Made by a program: the position numbers and the translations under genes. Of a stretch of 64,000 bases of DNA, positions 24,262 to 35,195 are shown piece by piece. The DNA comes from Botryllus schlosseri (Eukaryota). Below the pieces are notes generated by a model. The model did no database searches. It was given only the letters and a program-made list of their open reading frames with translations, and was not told the origin of the DNA. Each line of letters starts with the position of its first letter. Within the stretch, counting starts at the first letter, position 1. Where the stretch lies: contig CM119371.1 of assembly GCA_051294905.1 (NCBI GenBank), positions 2,296,001 through 2,360,000 of the forward strand. Direction: 5' to 3'.

Positions 24262-25650
24262 TACTCCCCGTATATTCGAAATAGCAAATTGCCAGAGTCC
24301 CGGATGCTGACTTACCGCCGGTCACGGTTCATTGGTGAGAATATTGGTGATAATAATAAATACTTTAAAGGTTTTGGATATGCTACGGTCGTGCAGGGTC
24401 TTGAAGTAATTATCACAATCCATTAATGGTATTCAGAAATCTTCAAATTTAATAATCCCACTACTGGCTTACCACTTGAAAAAAAAACTGTTCAATATTT
24501 TATCAATATTCCAAAATGCATGCGACTATGACTTCACATTGAGTAAAAAACAACACTCGACTCCAAATTCGTGTCTGATGACGTTATTAACTATAAGCCA
24601 GTATCAACTGTTATGTTTTAATTGGGCAATAAGACAGTTTACAAACAGTCATTTCTGATTTCCGCCATGTCAATAATTGTTTTCCACCAAAAATGGTAGA
24701 CTATTCATTCCCCCCTCTTTCCACCCTCTAAATTCCTCCATATGTGGTGGAGATACGGTGGATAAAGGGAAGGAATGTACCCTCCTCCATTTTTCTACCA
24801 TTTTTTCCACCTTTTAGATTTACAGTGTATGGACAAATAAACCCATATGTATTTCGTATATATAACGAACTTTTCGGTCACCATAAGGGCAGTCCTTTCC
24901 GGCCAAGGGTTCTCGCTGCCGATCGTTCTGGCACACTTCTTGGAGTCGCGTGTTACATGGCCTAAAACTGTATATGTCTTGGTGCTTCGTGGCGCGGTGA
25001 TGGCTAGCGGCGATATGCCCGTATCTATAAATCTTGCGTATTTTTCCTTGGAGGAAGAGTAGCCTACCCAATAATCATCACACTTGGCAAGTTGAAATCG
25101 CGCGCAGCGCGAAAAATTTTTGAAAAAGTTGCATGAAGTTTAAAAAAATAATCTATAATTTATGCTAATTCACGAAAAAATTTGGGCCCCCCTTCGAGCT
25201 CGCCCCCCCCAGAATTGGGGGGTTTGGGGTGCGGCAGTTACGGCCCTGCGTGCAAGTCATTCATTACTTCATAGCTTCTGCGGTAGCCTAAATCTCTGTG
25301 CGCTAGGTAGCTGTTGTTGATAGCTGGCGAACTGCACTGCCTAAGACAGATACAATAAGGTTGCCCGGTTTCGCCCTCAATTTGGCTATAAATCGACACA
25401 ATTTAATTCATTTCCAAAACTGATCAAATTTAGCATGGCAGGGCAGAACGATGCCGGCCTCTCTGTAGTCACTTCCAGCATTAGGATTAGTCTCATTGCA
25501 ACCTACCTTGAAATTAATTGATGTCATTTTCAATATTTGTTTGTTATTTTCAAACAAGTTTGGGGAAGTTTGTCAGTAATGTAAAAGACTAAACATCTGT
25601 AATGCGGATTCAAAATTGGCGTAAGATATACTTTATGTATACTATTATAT

Positions 25651-26151
25651 CAGGGGTGGGCAACCCGTACAGCCGCATACGGCCGTAGAAGGGACTTTGT
25701 GCGGCCGCTTCCGCCTAATTCAATTAGTATGTGTTGGCAGCCGTAGACATGCAAATTGCAATTACGAATTCACTCCCGAATTTTCGAGAGATTTTATTTA
25801 ATCTTGAAATTTTCTTCGTGCTCCGCGCAATTCAACAAGACTTCATTTTTCGGTTTTAATGCGGTTGCGCCCTTCTTAATGGGGATCCTCAATAAATAAC
25901 AATACGTTCACGGCTCTAAAAGTTGTACCCCCATCATCTATTGATAACATTGCCACTCGCGATTTCGGTGCGTACAATAGGCCGTTGTGAAAAGTAGAAT
26001 TGTCCGGAGTTCACCGGGAATGGATATGGGCAGTTTACCATTGGCATTTTGCGTCCGGATCGTTCATTGCGGCTATACCCTGGAATGCGTCCTTAGGCTA
26101 CATAGGTATTCGGAATGCGGCCATGATTAGCAGGAAGGCTGCCTACATCTG
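25651..26151. mobile_element. hAT Charlie-type MITE
   Basis: Termini CAGGGGTGGGCAACC / GGCTGCCTACATCTG; TSD TATTATAT/TATTAGAT. Confidence 0.7.
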
Positions 26152-26384
26152 TATTAGATGATGTGCTCTTTTTGACATGACAATAAATGTAAGGGGGTCA
26201 GGGGGCGCAATTTTTTGACCATCGCTAAGGGGGGCGAGTGTCAAAAAAATTGAGAACCGCTGGACTAGATCGTATATAAATCGAATCGACAAACAAACTG
26301 ACTCGAGTCAGGTCAGCTACTAAAAATCGCGATTTGAGTCATTATATCTCTGGTCAGATTTTGTGATTCCCTTACAATCTGCCC

Positions 26385-26625
26385 GACGCGAGAGGGTCTC
26401 AGGGGATGCGCGAGAAATCTTTGTCAATTTTGTCAATGTCTGTATAAATTGTGACTAAACATGTGTTTCACAAGCATTCTGAAGATACGATTATTGAAGA
26501 TTAAACTTAATTCGCATTCTAGAAAGCTTGACAAACTCAAACTCCAGCAGTCGCGCTCAACGGAGTATACGCTGACTTCAACTTCATTTGAGCTAATTTT
26601 TGATATTCTTTGAAGATTTAGAGAA
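26385..26625 (+). repeat. Near-identical direct copy of 13999-14239 (subterminal part of the Charlie element, without TIR)
   Basis: 241 bp with about 8 substitutions by eye. Confidence 0.9.
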
Positions 26626-26984
26626 CAATTTAGAGAACAATTTCATTTCCGTCAATTGAGCTAATAAAACAGAAGCCTCGAGTATGCCACTGAAAGCACC
26701 ATAACTAACCAAACAAAGGAGTTGCCGATAGATTGGTATACATGCTTACTTTATAAATGTACCATATTCACCTTCTCTAAAACAGTGGCTCACAACGTTT
26801 TTTATTCGCGGACTTGGTTCGGACCGTCATGATGGACCCTGCGGACCCCCTCGAAATTTTAGTTAAAAATTTAGCTCAATTATCGTGCAATCGTCGTTTG
26901 TCTCGTGCAAATGATAACTGTAGGATTAGTGATAACCAGCAATAAAATGACTTATTTTCTTGAAAATAATATTGCACTATTCAT

Positions 26985-27660
26985 TAGGGATGGCGTGATC
27001 GAGAGGGTCACGTTCTCGTTTTGTGTGTGAATCTCTAAAATTCAGAGGTTCACGTTTGCAAACGAACCTTGGTAGGTTTTGCACTGTGAACCTTTTTCAT
27101 GTATTACATTTTTTCACATCTTTATAACATCTCTGGTTAAAATTATTTGCATTTCTCCTTCGGACCAAAATCAATACTAACGAATATGCCCCTTGCCAAT
27201 CCCAAAATCACACCACATCACGAACGAAATACACTCGCATGTAGGTAGTCAGCGAATTATGCTCATTACACAAATCAATGAAATTGATACATCGTCGTCT
27301 AATGTTAAAAATAGAGCAGGAATACGGGATCCCTCTTGAATTGATATGTTTATTGTATTATAAAAATCAAATTCTTGCGATTGCGGTGTTGGCTACGGTA
27401 TAACTTGATGATGGATAGTGATATCGGCAGCCATACAGAAACCATTTGTACACTCTGCTCAATATCAACGTAGCAATAGTGATACGCCGAATACAATGTC
27501 CGGTCTGAACTAGACCGTTAAGGCGTAATCAGGTCGTGTTCGTTGGTCTTGGACCCCCATAGGGTGATAAACTTATGGGGGCCTCATTGGCTTACGTTCA
27601 CGTTCACACAGAATCTTTCAGAAGGGTTCGAGTTCACACGAACCTGAGTCACACAGGGCT
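26985..27660 (-). mobile_element. TAGGGATG (Ac-like) hAT MITE, GTGAAC-repeat family, inverted relative to 28256-37233
   Basis: 26985-27100 is the reverse complement of about 37118-37233; the right end is degenerate. Confidence 0.65.
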
Positions 27661-29192
27661 CGCATCATTTCTTTATTCACGTAGAAACTTTGTTGGCTTA
27701 TATTATTTCAAAGCAAATTCTGCAACTGGATTTCTTGAAAATCCGCTCCTTCGATTTGATATGAATGGTTGCCGAAAATCCATTTCTACAAATATAGGTA
27801 GCGACGAATGTAATAACGCGTTACGCTTCCAACGACACAGTTGGTATGATCGCTACAAATGTGGCACCAAAATTCACCAAAAAAATTTGATGAACATATA
27901 ACGTCAAGCATGGTCGCTTCTATTTAGCAGCTTATCTTGAAGTTAATATTGAAAAAATGGTTTTGTATATCACAGGAAAAATGTATTTTTGTATACAATA
28001 CGAAGTCACCGTGATTGACCTCACTCGTCAAACTTTTCTTCTACAATAGCCAACAAACATCTCTATAAAGCAAAATGTTTGTATCAGTAGGGTGTTGATA
28101 ATTTAGCAAATAAAATGGGTCTGCATAGTAGGATATTTCATCTCAGAGCATTATTCTGATAATGTGAGCTCTGGAGTTTTACTAGTAATGATGCGGAACT
28201 GTCTCGTGATTTTGTGATTTTCCGAATAGTAAAAAATACAAATTAGGTTATCAACTAGGGATGGTGTGAACCTCTGAAAGGTTCAGGTTCGTGTGAACGC
28301 GAACCTTTTTAAAAGGTTCTGTGTGAACGCGAACGTGAACCTCATGACGTCACGTGACGTCATATTGCTAATTCCGACCCTACATTCCGGTGAAGGGATA
28401 TATATTAATGTACAAGATACCAAGCGCCGAGTCGGGCCACATACACTGTAAAAAATATCCTCGGTAAATCCCGACATTAGGTTAGGTTCAAAATTCCCCG
28501 AGTTGTGACCCGGGCACCTACTTTCCGACCTCATTAAAAGTAGGTAAATCCCGAGTTCTCCCTGACTCGGATTGGAAAAAAACGAGTCTGATTGATAATT
28601 TTCATTGACCTTTCACCTATATTTTCATTGACCTTTCACCTCAGCCAAAGCCCAACTGTGCTGACTGACTAGGATTGCAAGAAACCGAGCCTGACAAATA
28701 ATTGTCATTGACCTTTCACCCTAAACACACAAGATCAGTAGTCAGTCTGCAGATTAAAAAGCAGTGTATATTAGCAGCAAATAAAGCATTGTTCCATAAA
28801 AGTACAATCAACAATATTGGAAACCTGCAGTGTCACAAATTCATAATGATGCGTAATTATTACAGGTAAACAAACAATATATGTTTGTTGTTCAAGTTGA
28901 AAATTTTATTGTGTAATGAGCACGCTGTGATGGTGCCAACAATTGAACAATGGTGCTTATAAGGTTTAGACCAGTTGGTTGCCAATTCGTTAAGCATTCC
29001 AAAAATATAATCAAAAGACCAAACTCTGGGCCACGACCATTACAAACATATTGCGAATTGATATCGACAAGGACGACTTGAGTAGCACCGATCAATTAAA
29101 AAACCAATGCTAAGCGTCACAACACAAGTTATTACTGCTGGCACTCATCAAAGAGGGCAAAAACAGGACCGCCACAAATCATAATACGACAA

Positions 29193-32100
29193 TTAATCAT
29201 GGGGTATCATATTTAACTTGTTGCAAACAGCATTGACGTCTGGAAGCTTGGCGAGAAAATTTTCGACTTCACATTGAAAACCCAATAAATAGCCATCAGG
29301 CATGCATGCTAGAGCATGGTGAAAACCAAATAAACCTTTCACAACTTCTCCATCGAAATGAATCGTCCACTTTTCCTTCTGAGAATTGAATGCGATGGTC
29401 GGATAGACATTCTTCGGCTCCTACGAAATATAAACGTTACTAATATCCAGTATCCATGGAATAGTTTAAGAGTATGAGGTTTGTGGATCAGTGATTTATA
29501 ATGTGGGCGGGTAGGCAGAAGCTGGATTATTATGTAAATTATATTTAATTAATTATAACCCATGAATTCTGAAAGAAAAACGGGCAATGCATGACCCATT
29601 GAACTTCTTTATGGACTATGCATAGCAATGCATCGTCAAAGTACATTCAATTTCATTTTCACTTAATTATGCCAGAGCGCACAGTATTCAGCAGTAAAAA
29701 CTGTTAAACACGAAAAACGCATCAGTAAGGAATACAAGTAGATAACTGCTGTACTTGGGTACTCTGGAAAAGTAAATTTACCAGATTACTCATGACCAAT
29801 GTTCCCTCTAAGCTGCGCACGTGCGCAAATGCGCAGTGCTGACACGGTCTCTGCGCACAGGAAATGCAAGTTGCGCACAAACAATCCGAAGTGTAGACTT
29901 ACTTTTTTTTAGTCGTTACGCAATGTTGTCCATGGGTCTGCGCAGTGAATTGGTGAGTGTGCGCAGACTCGTCAAAAATTAGAGGGAACATTGCTCATGA
30001 CCTTTGCTTTTAGAAGGCATAGAGAAATATTAAGCTTCATGCTGGGTTAATCAGTGAAAATAAGTTGGAAAACGACAGGCGTAGATCAACACGAGCACAT
30101 AAAAATATGCGGTCATATCATATGGTCTCAAATTAAATAAAGTATGAACTGTGAAAACAATACTGACAGAGGCCATTTAAAATGTCCAAAATATGTGATA
30201 AATGAATGGAAATGTTTAGCTGCAGTTCGAATATGATGGTTTTCATAGGGGCTGCTGTCAATGCTTTCACACTTCCAACACAGTGTCCTACAGTGGTGCG
30301 GACACAAGTAAATCTCGCGGCTCACTGAGATTGAATCACGCCATTCTTTCCATTCGACCAAAGGCAATTTATAGCACTATTTCGACAGGCTTGCCAAGCA
30401 CGAAATTTGATAAAAGTGCTACCAATCGGAGCTACCAAGGTACTGATTACGCAAATATAATTTTTTTCGTTCATGGTCCTGGACCCCCCTCAAATCACCT
30501 TCGAATTTTGCATTGTAACTGAGTTTCATGCAACAATGACGTCTCAAACTTTTGCGGTTTACTAAGTAAAAGGGGTACGTTGACACATGCGTAGGGCCCA
30601 ATAATTTGAATACCCGAATCAGAATCGAGTATAAATTGTAGTGATTCGAATCGAGTAGTGACAAAGGAATGTTTCTAGTATTGTAATTATACGCTCCTTC
30701 TAACTGCTAGTCAATTTATCTAAGAGACGTATAGTTTCGATAGTATTTTCCATTGCGGAAACATTGACACCACGATTGTATCGCATACGAAACATATCGT
30801 AAAAGCCACAATACTGGAAATACCATATTTCTTAAGTCATGATCAACCCACAGCATTCCCACAAATTGCAATGAAATTTGTATGGCTGGAAAAATACCAT
30901 TGTGATACTCGAATATTCGATTGGAAGCATGACACATGAGTTTGAATTGAATCCATCACGCACTCGATTTTGCTCAGCCCTACACATGAGCGTACGACAA
31001 TTAGGCATGCGACACTTGAGAATGTGGGTAAAATTTGGGTTTACGATTGATTAAGGTTTAGAATGAGGATCGAGTTCGGAATAGGTTTGGGGTTAATATA
31101 TATATGTGGGTTGATTTCAGGATTAGGTTGGGGGTTAGAGTGAGTTTTGGAGTTCTGAAGCCACATGCCAAAGTATGGCAAGCTGATCTGTGCTTTTTCA
31201 TTGTGTCGCACGCTTATGTGTCGGCTGTCGGGCAACCAGCGAAAAAACATAAACTTTAAGATATACATCACTTACTCATTGACTTTGTGATTTCCAACGG
31301 AATATTCTGCGCTTGTATGAGGCTTGATGCTGAGCTCCAACTCTTCTGCAAAATCTCGACAGAGTGTCGTCGGAACAATCTTGTTTCTGACAAATCATTT
31401 TCATTTCTTCCAAAACCTGAACATTTAGAAATAGTGACATCATAGCATACCATGCCATGGGTGGTTGGTATAACTTTGCTGCAGGGGTCTTCATTTCATT
31501 AGTAGTTTAAATATACGTGAAAGTCCGGTGACGTACTGGTCTTAACTCTATATAATGTTCTACCAATATATAGATAATATTATAAACTTACGAAACATAT
31601 GTAAATGATATATCATGGCATTTCGTGTAATTCATTCTCGTGCGTTTCGTATATACGCACAGGGCATATAAATCGTGCTTGAAACCACTACGTCATACCT
31701 ACCCAATGAGCATCTTCCAAAACTGGGTACGCCAAGTCGCCAACAACAGACTCTTCATTGATGTCCCTCTGATAGTGCTATCTCGACGAGCTTTAAAGAT
31801 CATTTTCATCATATCCAAGATTGTGTATTTATGAGCGTTTTGGCTTCTTTTCCACTCAGTCCTCATGACATTTTCATGCTCTTCGATGCTATTACGCTCA
31901 TTCTCCGAAGGGTATACGAGTGGAATCTACAAGAAAAATTATTTTTTCTAATCTGAAATGGTCAGAGGTATTTTTCATCGTCAAATTTTGACCAGTTTAT
32001 AATTGCGTAATTGCTAATACTGCGCACATAGTCGACCCAACCCAACAATACGTAGCCACGGAAATATGACTGGAGCTTTTGAATAATGAAATTATTGCAT

Positions 32101-32378
32101 GAAAAAATATTCATCTCTCTCGTGAATGAGCCTACAGATCCCAAATTTCACTTACTGCCACTGTTGCTCAAAATCAGCCGTAACGTTACTCCAGCTCCAA
32201 TTGCCGACATGTCATGAAGATCGACGTACGAATCAAATGTCCTGTCGTAATATTCCATCTTGAATTGATTGTCCCCGATTTCATTACGAAATACATAGCT
32301 CACAAAATCACGAACCGCAGATTGGTGATCAACTGTGATCACTCTTTTAATATCACTATAACTAATCAGCATTTTCAT
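29193..32378 (-). pseudogene. Second spliced Samd3-like accessory gene, decayed (exons 32378-32156, 31926-31703, 31416-31276, 29420-29193)
   Basis: Translates to MKMLISYSDIKRVITV...FKMEYYDRTFDSYVDL; IEEHENVMRTEWKR...MMKMIFKARRD..YPVLEDAHW | VLEEMKMIC; YPTIAFNSQKEKWTIHFDG...ALACLMAIYWVFNV (last motif displaced by a 4-bp duplication). GT-AG borders; homologous to the gene in element 1. Confidence 0.78.
29797..29993 (+). mobile_element. Short hAT MITE (CAATGTTCCCTCTAA TIR)
   Basis: 15-bp perfect TIR; perfect TSD CTCATGAC; inverted sister copy at 38274-38471 and a fragment near 44695-44850. Confidence 0.9.
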
Positions 32379-34408
32379 ATTTAACTGTGCAACAATCATA
32401 CTGGTAATTTGATAACCGGCTGTAGTGTGTATCTGCAAAATATATAATGATCATAATCAAATCTGGCAAATTATCAGCATTGTTGGTAGCACAAGCATTT
32501 TTAAATGCTTCTAAAAGTTCAACTAGGCCTACGCCAAATAAGATATCACGAGATACCGAAATTGGCTACAGATATTTTTTATTTTTCGCGACATTGCAAA
32601 GCAAACCAAAGAAAAATTCATCATGAACGTTTGGTACTTGTAGACTGTCATTGACTTTCCCAATCTCTTGCTGTGACTGATCCAACTGTTCTGGGGTGGA
32701 AACACGTAGATCTACTTACAAATCTGAGTTTAACACTGCTGGTTTTACATGCTTGCGGAAACCCAATTCAGAGCCGTCTGTCGGCGTGAAACCGCACTCC
32801 GTCCGTTACCTCTGCTGTGTTCTGGCGAAAAGCGTGGCACGCGCATCATCTACTCGCGCGGGAAATTCTTGCCCTCAAAAGACCTCTCTCGGGTCGATAT
32901 ATAATAGCAAACATTTGCAGAAACTCTGTCATGCCTGCCGAAGCGAGACGGTAATAATAGAGCTTCGTGCCTGTTCGCTGCTATATGTCTATATTATGCG
33001 CATTGCGCTTGCTACACACTCCATTCATTCTTAGGTATAAGTGAAATAAAATTGAACGCGCGGACATTGGTCATTCATCATTGGTGACCTCAAAAGTCAA
33101 TCTACTGTGTCATAGTTAGTAGGCTTTGGAAATATAATAACAAATCCTTGCAGAAACTCCACCTTTTCAGCCAAAACCATTACAATGGAGATTTATATTT
33201 GTTGACTGCTAGATTTGGGTTAATACTTATTAGATTGCTGTACTCCGTTCATTCAATCCGGCGTCTATAAGCGCGTTAAAATTGAACGTGCAGTGTGAAT
33301 TTGGGATCGCGGAACATCCGTGCCTCGAAAGCCACTCTAAACTGTCGTAGTTACGTGGCATCGTAATAAAATAACGAATGTTTGCAGAAACTATGCGTTT
33401 TCAGTTAATGCGATTACAATAGAAATTCGTGTTTGTTGGCTGCTCCATTTGTATAAAGATTAATAGATTGCTGAAACTGACACTCCATCCGTTCCAGTTG
33501 CTGACTTTATGAATTGATAGCCGCGTTCGCTCGGCGTACTAATCGCTTTTATATAGCAGGCAGCGCGACCGATATTACGCCTATCGAAATTTTGGAAAGT
33601 TAGGTCAAACCTTCCATCGTGATGACTAACGCTAGAGAAATCGGTGATGTTTTACTGAGAGGGAAATATCACTATCTTTCAAGTAGCTACAAATATTCGA
33701 GACTGAGGCTATCAGAGTTCACCCGATATTAAGTCATAAAAACTCCTAAAAATATCCCAACACGTAAACATTTTCTCGCCTTCAGCACAATGTGCTCTAT
33801 GATGTATCTTGCGGTCAGCTGTTTCGATGGGTATAATACGCTAGAGGTGAGTCTCCTGGATACCATGATATACCCACGCTGCGATCTATAACTTATACAG
33901 ATGTGACTTTATCTAAATTTTAGTGGGTCTAGTGAAATTCCAGGAAATCGTAGAGATTTCATAAGGTTACATCATTCCCTATATCAATCAATAAATCAAT
34001 GGAATCTGTCAAAAATCATCAAATCCGTCATGTAACAACAATAACATCGCCGTGATTAACGCGTTATGATATTCGCTGCCGCCTTGTTCTTGGATCGGAT
34101 GCTCGTGGGTGTCACTACATTTACTGCTAGGATGTCCAGGTCCACGTGTCGCCAGGTTTTCGTACCAATATATTCGTTCACCGGTATGCTGTTAATTGTC
34201 GTGCCATGGTGTTAGTTTGTCAGCGAGTCGGCGACAGGGAGAGAATCTGTCCAATGTGTAATCAATAACACACGCAACAAAAATGCATTTAGATGAAGTG
34301 TGATATACAGGTAAGCGTGTCATAAGGAGGACAGGCTGATCGTTCATCACCTTCCTCGTTGATTTCGCTGGCCATTATGCTAGCATGATATATAAACCCA
34401 CCCCTCCC

Positions 34409-34879
34409 GGTGTCCGGTCAATACCGAGAAAACCATTACCGAGAATGCCATTACTGAGAATGGACACCACAGAGAATTGACATAATTTATAGAATGGACC
34501 CCACCGAGAATGGACACTACCGAGAATGCAATATATGCAATGCGGGCGTGTTACTCATATGTACATTGTACAGGAGATGTAGGCTATAATTGTATATATT
34601 TATCACGGCGTTGTCACATTCGGTGTCGATTCTCAGGCATAAATCTCGACAACGTCAGTCCTGGTAAGTTAGATTCTTGACATTGGTCATTCTCGGTAAT
34701 GTCCATTCTCGGTGGTGTCCATTCTCGATAATGACCGTTCTCGGTAATGTCTATTCTCGGTAGGGTCCATTCTCGGTAATGGTATTCTCGGTAATGTTCA
34801 TTCTCGGTTGTGTCTATTCTCGGTAATGACCATTCTCGGTAAGGTTCCAGCTTCGGTAATGGTATCCTCGGTAATTTCC
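34409..34879. mobile_element. Small foldback-like element with inverted arrays of 12-17 bp ATTACCGAGAATG units
   Basis: ACCGAGAATG units at 34420-34530 face CATTCTCGGT units at 34685-34877; TSD unclear. Confidence 0.7.
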
Positions 34880-35195
34880 AACCTCGCATGCGGTTGACAT
34901 CTCGCGTGACTCGGAATGCACTGAAAACGAGTCGACGTTTTGGGGAAAAAACTAGGAAACGGGTTGAATCGAGTCATATCCGAGCCTAAGCTCGGGATTT
35001 ACCGAGGATATTTTTTACAGTGTAATGTCACAATGCTGAAGTACATACTGATTTTTTCAAACGTCGCCAAATGTATCAACTGCCAAGCAATCAGATGATA
35101 TAATTATCCCATAAAATCAACATCTTCCGTCACTTTGTCAACAAATTCGACGATGACTTGCATGGGAATATAATCATAGGCATAACCGTCTAGGC

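Larger units (their letters stand above)
20906..24265 (+). mobile_element. Foldback-type Mutator-like (Rehavkus/NOF-like) deletion derivative
   Basis: Long subterminal inverted repeats begin GGGGTTAAACCCGCTCAGAGGCCAAACGCCAGACGCC (20911 and 24261) and continue as 42-bp tandem arrays; the extreme termini are not complementary; flanking direct repeat TCCCCGTATA at 20896-20905 and 24265-24274 (9-10 bp TSD); carries Ulp1+PHD exons. Confidence 0.75.
15193..24827. mobile_element. CACTA/EnSpm (CMC) element 1, non-autonomous, gene-carrying
   Basis: Perfect 22-bp TIR CACTGTAAATCTAAAAGGTGGA; 2-bp TA TSD confirmed by the empty site AGGCGCC-TA-TGG in the paralogous host copy at 6121-6132. Confidence 0.9.
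14255..25248 (+). mobile_element. hAT CAGGGCCGTAAC-family element interrupted by a CACTA element
   Basis: Perfect 12-bp TIR CAGGGCCGTAAC / GTTACGGCCCTG; perfect TSD CGTGCAAG at 14247-14254 and 25249-25256; the two halves are collinear with 5238-6506. Confidence 0.92.
13979..26262. mobile_element. hAT Charlie-type element expanded by nested insertions
   Basis: TIR CAGGGGTTCTCAA / TTGAGAACCGCTG; TSD GACTAGAG (13971-13978) / GACTAGAT (26263-26270). Confidence 0.85.
11696..26352 (+). mobile_element. GACTCGAGTC-family MITE split by about 14 kb of insertions (host of nest 2); ends approximate
   Basis: Family sequence runs up to GTCATGCGCAATGACTAGAG (12050; other copies read ...CAATGACTCGAG) and resumes after 26270, ending ...GAGTCATTATATCTCTG. 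Confidence 0.55.
28444..35022. mobile_element. CACTA/EnSpm (CMC) element 2, non-autonomous, gene-carrying
   Basis: Perfect 31-bp TIR CACTGTAAAAAATATCCTCGGTAAATCCCGA; TA on both flanks (28442-28443, 35023-35024). Confidence 0.92.

Noticed and set aside
23908..24426. 172-aa ORF with RRQTPYSYSASEHN repeats (and antisense ORF 23953-24204)
   Set aside because: It is the translation of the 42-bp tandem array in a transposon arm, open because the unit is a stop-free multiple of three.
34614..34889. ORF with repeated YREW.LPRID motif, or a CRISPR-like array
   Set aside because: It is a shadow of 12-17 bp tandem units in a foldback element.
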